A stretch of 64,000 nt of DNA, from NCBI RefSeq assembly GCF_001517835.1, contig NZ_LOQG01000011.1, forward strand, positions 44,028-108,027. The letters are read 5' to 3'. A program made the translations under genes and the position numbers. A model generated the notes under the pieces. That model worked only from the letters and a program-made list of their open reading frames with translations, ran no database searches and had not been told where the DNA came from. Below are positions 9,484 to 19,996 of the stretch, piece after piece. The stretch is from Caviibacter abscessus (GTDB lineage Bacteria > Fusobacteriota > Fusobacteriia > Fusobacteriales > Leptotrichiaceae). Numbering within the stretch: position 1 is the first letter of the stretch; every line of letters starts with the position of its first letter.

Positions 9484-10060
9484 TTTTGATAAAACTATAT
9501 ATAATGGCGAAACTTCCATTGATTTTATGATATTCTTTTTAAAAAAGAAGCCAATTCTTATTTTCAAATTTTTATTCTTTTCTTTCCTTATTTTATTTAA
9601 TTTAAATTCATTAACAAAAACTAAAAATCTTTTTTTTAAAGTTTTAAAAAATTATAATTTAAAAGAAGACATAAAAGAATTTTGGGAGAAAAATAAAAAT
9701 AAATTTTTTTCATATTTTAAAGACGAAATAGAAAAAAATAAAAAAGAAGCTGATATACTAATATTAATTTCAGCATCACCTGACTTTTTATTACAAGACA
9801 TATACAAAGATTTAGGATTTGATATATTAATTGCTACAAAATATGAAAAATATACTATGATATCTAAAAATTGTAAAAATCAAGAAAAATTAAATAGACT
9901 AAAACTTTTAGGCGATTTTGATGTAATTGCTTTCTATTCAGATAGTATTTCAGATAAACCTTTATACGATATAGCCAAAAGAAAATATACAATTAATAAA
10001 AAAGGAGAAGTTTTAGAAGGCTTACCTAATAAAACTAAATGGATAGATAAATGGATATAA
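9461..10060 (+). CDS. HAD-IB family hydrolase
   Basis: Has HAD motif I (YDFDKT), motif II (ISASP) and motif IV (YSDSISD). Confidence 0.65.
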   Translation: MKKAIIYDFDKTIYNGETSIDFMIFFLKKKPILIFKFLFFSFLILFNLNSLTKTKNLFFKVLKNYNLKEDIKEFWEKNKNKFFSYFKDEIEKNKKEADILILISASPDFLLQDIYKDLGFDILIATKYEKYTMISKNCKNQEKLNRLKLLGDFDVIAFYSDSISDKPLYDIAKRKYTINKKGEVLEGLPNKTKWIDKWI

Positions 10061-10767
10061 AAATAAAATATAGTTATGACGGCTCTAAATTTTACGGACT
10101 ACAAAGACAAAAAGATAAAATAACTGTACAAGGTGAAATAGAACGTATTCTTTTAACTGTTTTTAATGAAAAAATTAATTTAATTTCATCAGGGCGAACA
10201 GATACTAATGTTCATGCAATAGAACAAGTATCTAATTTTTCTATATCTAAAAATATACCCTTATCTGCAATAAAAACACAACTTAACAAATCGCTTTATG
10301 GAAAAATTAAAATAAACGAGATTGAGTATTGTAATAATTTCAATTCAAGATTTGATGCAAAGTCAAGAACATATGTATATTATTTAAAATATGAGGAAAA
10401 TATAAGTCCATTTGAAGCTAATTATATTACATCAATAAAAACTAATATAGATATAGAAAAAGTAAATGAAAAATTGTCTCTTTTTATTGGGGAACATGAT
10501 TTTTTAATGTTTTCAAAAAAGGATAAAGAAAGTAAAAACACTGTTAGAACAATATATGGTGCTTATATTAAACAAGTTAATGACAATTTTGTTATTAACA
10601 TAAAAGGGAACAGTTTTTTAAGATCAATGGTAAGAATGATAACAGCTTCTTGTTTATATGAAACTAAACAAGAAATCATTGATAAACTAAATCTTAAATC
10701 AAATAAAAAGTTTAAGAAAATATTACAACCTAATGGTTTGTATTTAAAAGAGGTTTCTTATGATTAA
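10051..10767 (+). CDS. truA: tRNA pseudouridine(38-40) synthase
   Basis: Shows the TruA motifs YDGSKFYG.QRQ and SGRTDTNVHA with the catalytic Asp. Confidence 0.85.
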   Translation: MDIKIKYSYDGSKFYGLQRQKDKITVQGEIERILLTVFNEKINLISSGRTDTNVHAIEQVSNFSISKNIPLSAIKTQLNKSLYGKIKINEIEYCNNFNSRFDAKSRTYVYYLKYEENISPFEANYITSIKTNIDIEKVNEKLSLFIGEHDFLMFSKKDKESKNTVRTIYGAYIKQVNDNFVINIKGNSFLRSMVRMITASCLYETKQEIIDKLNLKSNKKFKKILQPNGLYLKEVSYD

Positions 10768-11203
10768 ATTATTAGATGCAAAAAAAGACCGTGATGTTCT
10801 TTATAGGATATATAAATATGAAAATGAAGTTTTTGGAGAATCTGGTGTTGGCAGATATAATATAAGCCCTTTTACTAAATATGGGAAAACTTTTGCAATT
10901 TATAACGATGTAGATATTATTAGTGTGGTAGAAATAATATTTTCAAAAAATCATGACATGGCATATATATATGGTGTATCAACAAATGAAAAGTATAGAT
11001 TTAAAGGATATGCTACAAAACTTCTTAATTTTGCTATTAATAATTTAAAAAATGATAATATAAAATACGTTGAACTTACAGTTGAAACAAAAAATGAAAT
11101 TGCTAATAAATTATATGCAAAAATGGGATTTAAAAATATTGAATGTCTTGAAAATGAATATTTTGATGATAATCCAAGATATTTACTTAGAAAGGAGCTT
11201 TAA
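10760..11203 (+). CDS. GNAT family N-acetyltransferase
   Basis: Contains the acetyl-CoA binding motif (YRFKGYATKLL). Confidence 0.65.
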   Translation: MIKLLDAKKDRDVLYRIYKYENEVFGESGVGRYNISPFTKYGKTFAIYNDVDIISVVEIIFSKNHDMAYIYGVSTNEKYRFKGYATKLLNFAINNLKNDNIKYVELTVETKNEIANKLYAKMGFKNIECLENEYFDDNPRYLLRKEL

Positions 11204-11802
11204 TGGAACACTATTTTTCAGAAAATCCTAATATTAAATCAAAAAGAAAAAATATTTTATTTACCTTTAATGACAAAAACTGCGAATTTATTACAGATAA
11301 TGGTGTTTTTTCAAAAGATCACGTTGATGAGGGAACACAAATATTAATAAAAAATACACTTAAAAACATTGATATTGATAATTTAAATGTATTAGATCTA
11401 GGTTGTGGATATGGTGTAGTGGGTATAATACTTAAAACAATCAAAAAAAATATTAATATATCTTTTTCAGATATTAATAATCGGTCATTAGAATTAACTG
11501 TAGAAAATTTAAATTTAAATAATATAACTGATTATAAAATATATAAGTCTGATTTATTTGAAAATATAAAAGAAAATTTTGATATAATCATATCAAATCC
11601 TCCCATTAGAACAGGAAAAGAAAATATTTTTAAATTATATGAACAAAGTTTTGAGCATTTAAATGATAATGGTATATTTTTATGTGTTATTATGACTAAA
11701 CATGGTGCAAAATCAACTCAAAAGAAATTAGAACAAATATACTCTCATGTTATTTGTCTCTCAATAGAAAATGGCTTTAGAGTTTATATGGCAAAAAAAT
11801 AA
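11203..11802 (+). CDS. class I SAM-dependent methyltransferase (small MTS domain, RsmC/RsmD-like, NPPI motif)
   Basis: Has SAM-binding motif I (VLDLGCGYG) and motif IV (NPPI). Confidence 0.7.
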   Translation: MEHYFSENPNIKSKRKNILFTFNDKNCEFITDNGVFSKDHVDEGTQILIKNTLKNIDIDNLNVLDLGCGYGVVGIILKTIKKNINISFSDINNRSLELTVENLNLNNITDYKIYKSDLFENIKENFDIIISNPPIRTGKENIFKLYEQSFEHLNDNGIFLCVIMTKHGAKSTQKKLEQIYSHVICLSIENGFRVYMAKK

Positions 11803-11845
11803 TAGAATATGTATTCGATTTATACATATTCTATTTTTATTTTAA
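11790..11845. terminator. bidirectional intrinsic terminator ending the glmU...methyltransferase gene string (+) and pgk (-)
   Basis: A perfect 13-bp stem (AATAGAATATGTA / TACATATTCTATT) with a 9-nt loop, flanked by an A7 run on one side and T-rich sequence on the other. Confidence 0.7.
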
Positions 11846-13051
11846 CTATTTATTATCTATTGCATCTACTCCTGGTAATACTTTTCCTTCTAAAAATTCA
11901 AGTGATGCTCCTCCACCTGTTGAAATATGAGAGAATTTTTCACTGTATCCTAATTCTATTGCTGCTGCTGCTGAATCTCCTCCACCAATTACAGTAATAG
12001 CATCTTTTAAGTTAGCTATTGCTTCACATACACCAATAGTACCTTTAGCATAGTTACTCATTTCAAATACTCCCATTGGTCCATTCCATACAACAGTTTT
12101 AGCTCCTTCTAATTCTTTAGAAAATAGTTCTATTGTTTTTTCAGCTATATCAAGACCCATGTATCCTTCTTCAATATTTTCAACTGATACTGATTTATGT
12201 TCTGCATCGTTATTAAATTCTTTTGCAACAACAGTATCAACAGGTAATACTAATTTAACACCTTTAGATTCTGCTTTTTCCATTAATTCTTTTGCAAGTT
12301 CAATTTTATCTTCTTCAAGAAGTGAATTTCCAACAGATAATCCTTTAGCTTTTAGGAATGTAAACATCATTCCTCCACCTATTAAAATTTTATCTGCTTT
12401 TTCAATTAAGTTTTCTATAACTGCAATTTTATCTGAAACTTTAGCTCCACCTAATATTGCAACATATGGTTTTTTAGGATTTTCTACTGCTCCTCCTAAA
12501 AATTCTATTTCTTTTTCCATTAAGAATCCTACAGCTGTATTTCCTTTTAAGTTTTGAGAAATTCCTACATTTGATGCGTGTGCTCTATGAGCTGTACCAA
12601 ATGCATCATTTACAAATACTTCTCCAAGACTAGCCCAGTATTTACCTAACTCAGGATCATTTTTAGATTCTTTTTTACCTTCTACATCTTCATATCTTGT
12701 ATTTTCAAACATAAGGATTTCACCATTAGAAAGTTCATTTACAGCTTTTTCTAATTCTTCTCCTCTTGTAGCAGGTACAAATTTAACTGACTTACCAAGT
12801 AATTCTTCTAATCTTTTTGCAACTGGTGCTAATGTTTTGCTTGCTTTGTCTTCTTCAACTTTAACTCTTCCTAAATGAGAAAATGCAATAACTTTTGCAC
12901 CTTTTTCAAGTAAATATTTAAGAGTTGGAAGTGCAGCTTTTATTCTGTTATCATCTTTTATTACGCCTTCTTTAATAGGTACATTAAAATCAACTCTTAC
13001 TAAAACTTTTTTCCCAGATACTTCTATATCTTTGATAGTTTTCTTATTCAT
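11846..13051 (-). CDS. pgk: phosphoglycerate kinase
   Basis: Aligns with PGK over its full length. The start was reset to MNKKT, which follows AGGAGG plus a 5-nt spacer. Confidence 0.9.
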   Translation of the reverse strand: MNKKTIKDIEVSGKKVLVRVDFNVPIKEGVIKDDNRIKAALPTLKYLLEKGAKVIAFSHLGRVKVEEDKASKTLAPVAKRLEELLGKSVKFVPATRGEELEKAVNELSNGEILMFENTRYEDVEGKKESKNDPELGKYWASLGEVFVNDAFGTAHRAHASNVGISQNLKGNTAVGFLMEKEIEFLGGAVENPKKPYVAILGGAKVSDKIAVIENLIEKADKILIGGGMMFTFLKAKGLSVGNSLLEEDKIELAKELMEKAESKGVKLVLPVDTVVAKEFNNDAEHKSVSVENIEEGYMGLDIAEKTIELFSKELEGAKTVVWNGPMGVFEMSNYAKGTIGVCEAIANLKDAITVIGGGDSAAAAIELGYSEKFSHISTGGGASLEFLEGKVLPGVDAIDNK

Positions 13052-13068
13052 TGTTCCTCCTGAAAATA

Positions 13069-13099
13069 AGGCTTCCGGCAAATATTTGCAAGGAAGCCT
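13069..13099 (-). other. compound intercistronic hairpin between gap and pgk, either a partial terminator or an mRNA processing/stability element
   Basis: An 8-bp outer stem (AGGCTTCC / GGAAGCCT) encloses a palindromic inner GCAAATATTTGC. It is followed by only a weak U-tract, and the pgk RBS lies immediately downstream. Confidence 0.45.
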
Positions 13100-13114
13100 C
13101 TAAATTATTTTTGA

Positions 13115-14122
13115 TTATTTTGATAATTCTACAAAATATTTTAATGTTCTTATTAATTGAGCTGTGTATGACATTTCATTGTCGTACCAAGCAACAGTTT
13201 TAACTACTTGTTTATCTCCTGCTTCAATAACTTTTGTTTGAGTTGCATCAAATAATGATCCATAGTGTATTCCAACTATATCTGAAGATACTAATGGTTC
13301 TTCAGTATATCCAAATGATTCATTAGAAGCTGCTTTCATTGCTGAGTTAATTTCTTCAACAGTAACTTTTTTCTTTAATACTGTTACTAATTCTGTTAAT
13401 GAACCAGTAGGTACAGGAACTCTTTGAGCTGCTCCATCTAATTTACCTTTTAATGTAGGTATAACTAAACCAATTGCTTTAGCTGCTCCTGTTGTGTTAG
13501 GAACGATATTTACAGCTGCTGCTCTAGCTCTTCTGAAATCTCCCTTTCTATGTGGTGCATCTAAAGTGTTTTGATCTCCAGTATAAGCGTGGATTGTTGT
13601 CATTGAACCTACTTCAATACCAAATGAATCTTCTAATACTTTAGCCATTGGTGCTAAACAGTTAGTTGTACAAGAAGCTCCTGATAAAATAGTTTCTGAA
13701 CCATCTAATATTTCATGGTTTACATTGAATACAACTGTTTTTAAATCTCCTGTTGCAGGTGCTGAAATAACAACTTTTTTAGCTCCAGCTTTAATGTGTG
13801 ATTCTGCTTTTTCTTTCTTAGTGAAGAATCCTGTACATTCTAATACTACATCTACACCTAATTCTCCCCAAGGTAATTCTTCTGGGTTTGCATTGCTAAA
13901 TGATTTTATTTCTTTACCATTTACAACAAATGCTCCTTCTTTAACAGAAATTTCTCCGTCAAATCTTCCTTGAGCTGAGTCATATTTGAATAAATGTGCT
14001 AACATTGCTGGATCTGTTAAATCATTAACAGCAACAACATCAAATTCAGGATCATTTATCATTAATCTTAATGCAAGACGTCCTATTCTTCCAAATCCAT
14101 TAATTGCCACTTTTACTGACAT
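13115..14122 (-). CDS. gap: type I glyceraldehyde-3-phosphate dehydrogenase
   Basis: Has the NAD-binding motif INGFGRIGR and the active site SCTTNCL. The start was reset to MSVKV after AGGAGG. Confidence 0.9.
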   Translation of the reverse strand: MSVKVAINGFGRIGRLALRLMINDPEFDVVAVNDLTDPAMLAHLFKYDSAQGRFDGEISVKEGAFVVNGKEIKSFSNANPEELPWGELGVDVVLECTGFFTKKEKAESHIKAGAKKVVISAPATGDLKTVVFNVNHEILDGSETILSGASCTTNCLAPMAKVLEDSFGIEVGSMTTIHAYTGDQNTLDAPHRKGDFRRARAAAVNIVPNTTGAAKAIGLVIPTLKGKLDGAAQRVPVPTGSLTELVTVLKKKVTVEEINSAMKAASNESFGYTEEPLVSSDIVGIHYGSLFDATQTKVIEAGDKQVVKTVAWYDNEMSYTAQLIRTLKYFVELSK

Positions 14123-14206
14123 TATTATACCTCCTAATATTTTTACTTGTGTTTTTATTAACAATCTTATTATACCACTTTTATTTTGGTTTTTAAATAC
14201 CTTTTT

Positions 14207-15049
14207 TTATTTTTTATCGTTTGTAAACGCTATCATATCTTCGTATGCTTCTATTTCTATATTAACTGTTTCCAATTTTCTTGGATGCATAAATGATAGT
14301 TTATATGCATGTAACATTTGTCTTAGTGCTTTTATACCATTTTGATTATACAAAGTGTCTCCAATTATAGGGTACCCTATATGCTTTAAATGTACCCGTA
14401 TTTGATGTGTTCTTCCTGTAAAAAGTTCACATTCAACAAGACTTACATTTTTATCAGAAAAGTATTTTACAGGTTTTACAACTGTTTTAGCCTCCTGACC
14501 CCTATCATCTATAATACGTTCAAGATTATCTCCATCTTTATATATTTTAGCTTCTATAATATATTCTTTATTACATTCATTTTCTACTAATGCCAAATAT
14601 TTTTTCTTAACTTGTCCTTTATTTTGTAAAAAAGCCTGTGCATAACTATTTTTAGCTATAATTATTAAACCAGTTGTATTCATATCAAGTCTGTTATAAA
14701 ATCTGGGAACTGTTTTCAAATAATATACAATTGCATTTGCAAGTGTCATATCAACTTTTTTTAAAGTAGGATGAGTTACTAAATTATATGGTTTATTAAC
14801 GATTAATAAATCTTCATCTTCATATACTATATCAAGTTTCATATATATCGGTTCAATATTAGTTGATTTTTCTTTTTCAAGAACTTTTAGTACTCCACTA
14901 CTTGGTAATTTTTTTGTTGTTTTTACTCTTTTACCATTTAAATATATTTCAAGCATTCTAAGACTTCTACCTGAGTATGACTGATGTTCTCTTAAATACT
15001 GTGATATTTTCATTCTACTTGTTGTTTTATCAAGTTTATATATCTTCAT
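14207..15049 (-). CDS. RluA-family pseudouridine synthase (RluD/RluC-like, N-terminal S4 domain)
   Basis: Carries the catalytic motif GRTHQIRVH and an S4 RNA-binding N-terminus. Confidence 0.8.
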   Translation of the reverse strand: MKIYKLDKTTSRMKISQYLREHQSYSGRSLRMLEIYLNGKRVKTTKKLPSSGVLKVLEKEKSTNIEPIYMKLDIVYEDEDLLIVNKPYNLVTHPTLKKVDMTLANAIVYYLKTVPRFYNRLDMNTTGLIIIAKNSYAQAFLQNKGQVKKKYLALVENECNKEYIIEAKIYKDGDNLERIIDDRGQEAKTVVKPVKYFSDKNVSLVECELFTGRTHQIRVHLKHIGYPIIGDTLYNQNGIKALRQMLHAYKLSFMHPRKLETVNIEIEAYEDMIAFTNDKK

Positions 15050-15055
15050 AATTAC

Positions 15056-17572
15056 CTACAATAATCTTGGAACAAGTAAAACTCCAAGTACAGGTCCCGC
15101 ATGAGTACCTACAGTTGGTCCAATTTCCTTATTTGACCAAAATACATTAACTTTTCTATTAGATTTAGCATATTTTAAAACTTTATTTGCTTGTTCTTCT
15201 TGTCTAGATGTACCTCCAAATGCTGTTATTAAATATATACTTTGTTGTTTTGTTTTTTCTGCTATAACTTTTTCAAAGTAATTTAATACTCCTGTGTCTC
15301 CACCAAATACTTTTTTTTCTGATATCAATGCCCCATTTACCATAGTAATTACAGGTTTCATATTTAAAAAGTCTCCGATAGTTTGAGCAGTTTTACTAAT
15401 TCTTCCACCTTGTTGTAAATATTTTAAAGTTTCAACAGATATTAAAAGCTTACTTTTTTCGCATATATTTGTAAGAACTCTTTTTATATTTTCTATGCTC
15501 TCACCCTTAGTGGCACGATTTGCGGCTTCAATAACCATATATCCAAGTAATACTGATACAGCTTTAGAATCATATACTTCGATATCTTCTTCTCTTTTTG
15601 TCATTCCTTTTGCAAGTTTAGCAACTTGTACCGTTCCTGATAGTTTACTTGAAATTCCTATAAATAATATCTTTTCATAACCTTTTCTAAATAACTCTTC
15701 ATATAAATTAAGCATTTCTTTAGGAGATGGTTGAGCTGTTTTAAATGTTGCATTCTCATTTACCAACATGTTCCAAAATTGTTGTTTACTAAGATTAATC
15801 CCTGCTTTATAATGGACACCGTTTGATTCCATTCTAACTGGCAATACACTTATATGCTTATTTTCAATATCTTTTTCATCAAGATCTGATGAAGAGTCAG
15901 TTATAATTGCTATTTTTTGCATATTAGGGTCTTTATTTTCTATGAATAAATAAAAATCATAATCTTCTTGATTACCATCAATAACTTTTGTTTTTGATTT
16001 AAAGTTATATTTCAAGTCTAAAATTCTGTCAACTATATGTTGATGCTTATTAATTCCTGAAACTAAAGTAAGTGACAATGTATTTGTACTTATTAATTCA
16101 GATATAATTTTATCAAATATTTGATTTATATCTTTTGAGACATATTTAATTTTAGCATTAACAAGAGCCATATAATCTCCTATTTCAATACTTATATTAT
16201 CTATAACTGCCTCTCTTACTGCTTTTGTTATTTCAATTGAATAATTAAATTCATTTAATAATTTTCTTCTGTTTATGCTGTCATTTGGATATTGTAAATA
16301 AAACATTCCATCAAGCATTGTTTTTGTAGGTAATACTACTATTGTTTTATCAGATTTTTCCGCTGCAAGATTTGCAGTTGATATAACATTTTTATTATTA
16401 GGTAACACATAAATGGTTTTTCCATCTTCAATTTTATCTGTTACAGATAAAATATCATTTACACTTGGATTTTTACCTTGTCCTCCTAAAATAACAAAAT
16501 CTGCACCCATTCTAATAAATTCATCTTTTAATTCTAATGTATCTGAAAGTACTACATACACTACATTCTTATCATTTTCTCTATTTTTGTTTTCAAATAT
16601 TTTTGCCCTATCTTTTTCGTTTTCAAGCACACCTTCATTTTGAAGTTTCATATTTTCTATTTTTATTTTTTCTAAATCACCTCTACTACCTGCTTTTTCA
16701 ATAACAAGTCCAGGATTATTAGTATGTATATGCGTTTTAAATCTTTTACTTGTTTGTGCAAAAACCGCAGAATCTCCCATTTCAAGAAGTTCTTTTTTAA
16801 ACTCTTCTATATCAAAAGAAGAATTTAGGATTATAAACTCAGTACAATACTTATACTTTATATCTCCTAAATTATGATCTATATTAAGAACAGTTTTATC
16901 AAATTCATTTTCTATAAGTTTTGTTTGTGTAAGAAGTTCTATTTCTGTTAAAATTTTTCCCATTCCAACAAAAAAATAGTATAACCCTTTACCACCAGAA
17001 TCCACAACTCCTGCTTCTTTTAATTTTGGAAGTAAACTTGGAGTAAGTTCAACAGCTTCATCTGCAACTTCTATTATTTTTTCTATAAAATCATTGAAAA
17101 GCTCAATATTTTCTTGTTCACAAATTTGAGTTGCTCTTTCTGCTATCATTCTTATAACAGTAAGCATTGTTCCTTCAACAGGTGTATCTACTGCCTTATA
17201 CGCTAACTCTTTTGCACTGTTTAAAGCTTTTGCCACATCTTTTGGATATAGCTTTTTCTTATCGTCATCTATTCCATTTAAAAATCCTGTTATTATTTGT
17301 GATAATATTGTTCCTGAATTTCCACGTGCTCCAAGTAAAACAGCATCTTCTACTATTTCTTTTATATCACTCATACTTGATTTATCAGTTGTTTTTTCTT
17401 CTATTTCAGTTATCATAGTTTTTGATGTAAGAGACATGTTAGTTCCAGTGTCTCCATCAGGAACCGGATACACATTCAATTCATTCAAATAATTTTCATG
17501 CTTTTGTATCCATTTTCCACCACCGATTAAGACTCTACGTAGCCTTTTCGCATCTATGTACTTTATTCCCAT
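15056..17572 (-). CDS. fused fatty-acid kinase: DhaL/Dak2-domain FakA(YloV)-like N-terminus plus a complete DegV (FakB-like) fatty-acid-binding domain
   Basis: The N-terminus has the Dak2 motif PVPDGDTGTNM. The C-terminal ~285 aa are a canonical DegV domain (IAIITDSSSDL...TAQPSPKEM...GISSKLSGT...GGRIS). Confidence 0.75.
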   Translation of the reverse strand: MGIKYIDAKRLRRVLIGGGKWIQKHENYLNELNVYPVPDGDTGTNMSLTSKTMITEIEEKTTDKSSMSDIKEIVEDAVLLGARGNSGTILSQIITGFLNGIDDDKKKLYPKDVAKALNSAKELAYKAVDTPVEGTMLTVIRMIAERATQICEQENIELFNDFIEKIIEVADEAVELTPSLLPKLKEAGVVDSGGKGLYYFFVGMGKILTEIELLTQTKLIENEFDKTVLNIDHNLGDIKYKYCTEFIILNSSFDIEEFKKELLEMGDSAVFAQTSKRFKTHIHTNNPGLVIEKAGSRGDLEKIKIENMKLQNEGVLENEKDRAKIFENKNRENDKNVVYVVLSDTLELKDEFIRMGADFVILGGQGKNPSVNDILSVTDKIEDGKTIYVLPNNKNVISTANLAAEKSDKTIVVLPTKTMLDGMFYLQYPNDSINRRKLLNEFNYSIEITKAVREAVIDNISIEIGDYMALVNAKIKYVSKDINQIFDKIISELISTNTLSLTLVSGINKHQHIVDRILDLKYNFKSKTKVIDGNQEDYDFYLFIENKDPNMQKIAIITDSSSDLDEKDIENKHISVLPVRMESNGVHYKAGINLSKQQFWNMLVNENATFKTAQPSPKEMLNLYEELFRKGYEKILFIGISSKLSGTVQVAKLAKGMTKREEDIEVYDSKAVSVLLGYMVIEAANRATKGESIENIKRVLTNICEKSKLLISVETLKYLQQGGRISKTAQTIGDFLNMKPVITMVNGALISEKKVFGGDTGVLNYFEKVIAEKTKQQSIYLITAFGGTSRQEEQANKVLKYAKSNRKVNVFWSNKEIGPTVGTHAGPVLGVLLVPRLL

Positions 17573-17674
17573 TTTTCCTCCTATATTTGAAAATGGTTAA
17601 TTTGTTAATTTATATGATTATACCATATTTATTAAATAATACAAAATCACTAAAAATACTTGTCTATCGTATTT

Positions 17675-19819
17675 TTAAAATTCTCTGTTATATTCCAATC
17701 CAACCCTTAATACATCTTGAGTTGAATACCCTGCTTTAATATTTATACTTGACTTGTCATCTATTATATATCCGATTTTTCCAATTGCACTTACACCAAA
17801 ATTATATTCTTTTTGCTTTTGTGTAAGAGTAACTGTGTTATATCCATAAACTTTTGCACCAATACTTAATTTTTTATACACATACCCTAACTCTAACCCA
17901 AGAGATATTCTGTGATTATATATAAATTTATTGGCTGATGCTATGCCTTCTTCATCTACTAATTTTAATTTATATGTTCCTAATTCTAAATTTACATTTA
18001 TATCAGGACTTATACTAAAACCATATCCTGACCAACCATTAAATTTAAAATTATTATCTACTCTTAAAGCTACATAGTCTGTTTTTACTTTAATGTCTTC
18101 TAAATTACTGTTTGTTAATGAATAAACAACACCTAATCCACTTATATTCTTACCTATTTTTGCATATAAGTTATAATAAGTTTCGAATAATAAATTTACG
18201 TCTTTTGTAGTAAAAGCAATATTTCCACGTAAACCAAAATTTTTATAGACTAAACTTCCTGCGTTTATATTATGAAAAAATTTATTTCCTTGCTTTATAA
18301 GGGTATAGCCTATATTTATTTTATCAGTTAATTCATTATGATGAGTAAATTTTATTGCACTTAAGGCACCATCTTTTATTAAATCTGTTTCTATTTTATT
18401 AAAAATTGAATAAGAAATGCCATTTATTCCATCTTCAATTTGCTTTTTATCATATCGCTTTCCTCCCAATATCGTTGAAAGATTTTCATATGATTGTTTT
18501 AATTCCCCATATTTATTATTTTTAAACTTGTCCAATAAATACATTGCCTTACTTATGTCTATATTCATTAATTTTTTCTCTAAAGTTGGATCATAGTCTT
18601 CATTTACAGATTTTTCCATTTGAGTACCATCTGTAAAAAATCCTAATATATACTTATTAATATCAAATAAATTAGTAGCTGCGTCTAATTTTTGCTCAAT
18701 TTCTTTTATTTTTTCTTCGGTTAATTGTGATGATCTACTATACTTAATTCTTTTTAAATTATGTTTAGCTACTTCTCTTGATTTTTCTAAAGACCAACCA
18801 TTTGCTTCTTGTATTGCAGTTTTAGTCCATATAAAGTTTGAACGTACCAATGTTTTTAAATCAGCAGAAGTATAAGTTCTAGAATCTCTATCTAATGCAT
18901 AGATAAACATACCACCTAAATCATTTTTATTTACATAATCTGCTAATTTGTAAAAATTAGATCGTTTATAATCATTTATATGAAAATCCGTAAATTGATT
19001 GTTTTTTCCTGCATTTTCTTCAGGAAATGTAAGTCCTGGCATAAAATTTTCCTTTGAAAATATATCTTTAAAATTTTCTAATGCTTTCTTAGTTATATGC
19101 CTTTCACCTTCAGTATATTGAGATTTTGTTTTACCATATTGTTGATAAGCTATTTTATCAAAATACCCATTTAAATCTTTAACTGCTTCTTTTCCTAAAT
19201 TATTCGTATCATAAATTAATAAAGTTCCATTTTTAGCTTTAGGGCCTAAATATTCTGATAAAGCTTTTATCATTTTATTACCTATCTCAACCTTTTTTTT
19301 GGTGAGTTGGTCAGGATTAGAAGGATTAGTTGGATTTTCCTTATATGTCATTTCCATATCAATATCTAAGCCATCTAAACCATATTTTTTTACATGTTCC
19401 TCAACTATTTTTTTTGCATATTCTTTTATTTCTTCATCAGTTGGATCTACATCTTTATTTTTTCTTGGTACATCTATTATCTTTTTGTAATTTATTCCAA
19501 ATACAACTTTAACTCCATTTTTATGAAGATGAGGTACATATTCTTTTTTCAACGTTTCCAGATATTCTTCATATTTCTTATTTGCATCAGCTGATAAATC
19601 AGGGTTATAACCAAAAACATTTACAATATTAACACCACTTGGTATATCTTTCATACTCATCCAGTTTTCACCGGTTAAGTTTGTGTTATCTTGTTTAACC
19701 TTTTTATCTCTCCATATTCTATAATATGCTAAAAAATTTCTTTCCTTTATATCTTGTGCATATATTTTAAAATTTATAATATAAATTAAAATTAACATAT
19801 ATTTTAAATATTTTTTCAA
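17675..19819 (-). CDS. secreted GH18 endo-beta-N-acetylglucosaminidase-like domain fused to a C-terminal outer-membrane beta-barrel (autotransporter-like)
   Basis: Has a signal peptide and the GH18 catalytic motif DGLDIDME (DxxDxDxE). The C-terminal ~250 aa have alternating amphipathic beta-strands and end ...EYNREF with a terminal Phe. Confidence 0.6.
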   Translation of the reverse strand: MKKYLKYMLILIYIINFKIYAQDIKERNFLAYYRIWRDKKVKQDNTNLTGENWMSMKDIPSGVNIVNVFGYNPDLSADANKKYEEYLETLKKEYVPHLHKNGVKVVFGINYKKIIDVPRKNKDVDPTDEEIKEYAKKIVEEHVKKYGLDGLDIDMEMTYKENPTNPSNPDQLTKKKVEIGNKMIKALSEYLGPKAKNGTLLIYDTNNLGKEAVKDLNGYFDKIAYQQYGKTKSQYTEGERHITKKALENFKDIFSKENFMPGLTFPEENAGKNNQFTDFHINDYKRSNFYKLADYVNKNDLGGMFIYALDRDSRTYTSADLKTLVRSNFIWTKTAIQEANGWSLEKSREVAKHNLKRIKYSRSSQLTEEKIKEIEQKLDAATNLFDINKYILGFFTDGTQMEKSVNEDYDPTLEKKLMNIDISKAMYLLDKFKNNKYGELKQSYENLSTILGGKRYDKKQIEDGINGISYSIFNKIETDLIKDGALSAIKFTHHNELTDKINIGYTLIKQGNKFFHNINAGSLVYKNFGLRGNIAFTTKDVNLLFETYYNLYAKIGKNISGLGVVYSLTNSNLEDIKVKTDYVALRVDNNFKFNGWSGYGFSISPDINVNLELGTYKLKLVDEEGIASANKFIYNHRISLGLELGYVYKKLSIGAKVYGYNTVTLTQKQKEYNFGVSAIGKIGYIIDDKSSINIKAGYSTQDVLRVGLEYNREF

Positions 19820-19957
19820 CTTTTTAACCTCTACTTTTTTATATTATCACATTAGTATAATATATTTTTAATTTTGTTTCAATTCTTATTTTTAATACTA
19901 TTTTCCTAGGTTTTCATATATAAATTACAACTAAAATTTTAAAAATTAAGATAAATT

Positions 19958-19993
19958 TAAAAGTCCCAAAAACATGAAGTTTCCGAGACTTTA
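19958..19993 (-). terminator. putative intrinsic terminator after the ATP-grasp gene
   Basis: On the minus strand the sequence AAAGUCUC...GGGACUUU forms an 8-bp stem, including one G-U pair, followed by a U-rich tract. Confidence 0.4.
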
Positions 19994-19996
19994 ATT

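Noticed and set aside
11809-11997. 62-aa ORF across the pgk 3' end
   Set aside because: It overlaps the bidirectional terminator and the antisense strand of pgk, and its Leu-rich composition is nonsense.
17573-17674. Weak AT-rich hairpin (AAATAC...GTATTT) downstream of the GH18-autotransporter gene, considered as a terminator
   Set aside because: It is a 6-bp all-A/T-heavy stem with marginal stability, and I could not distinguish it from background AT-rich sequence.
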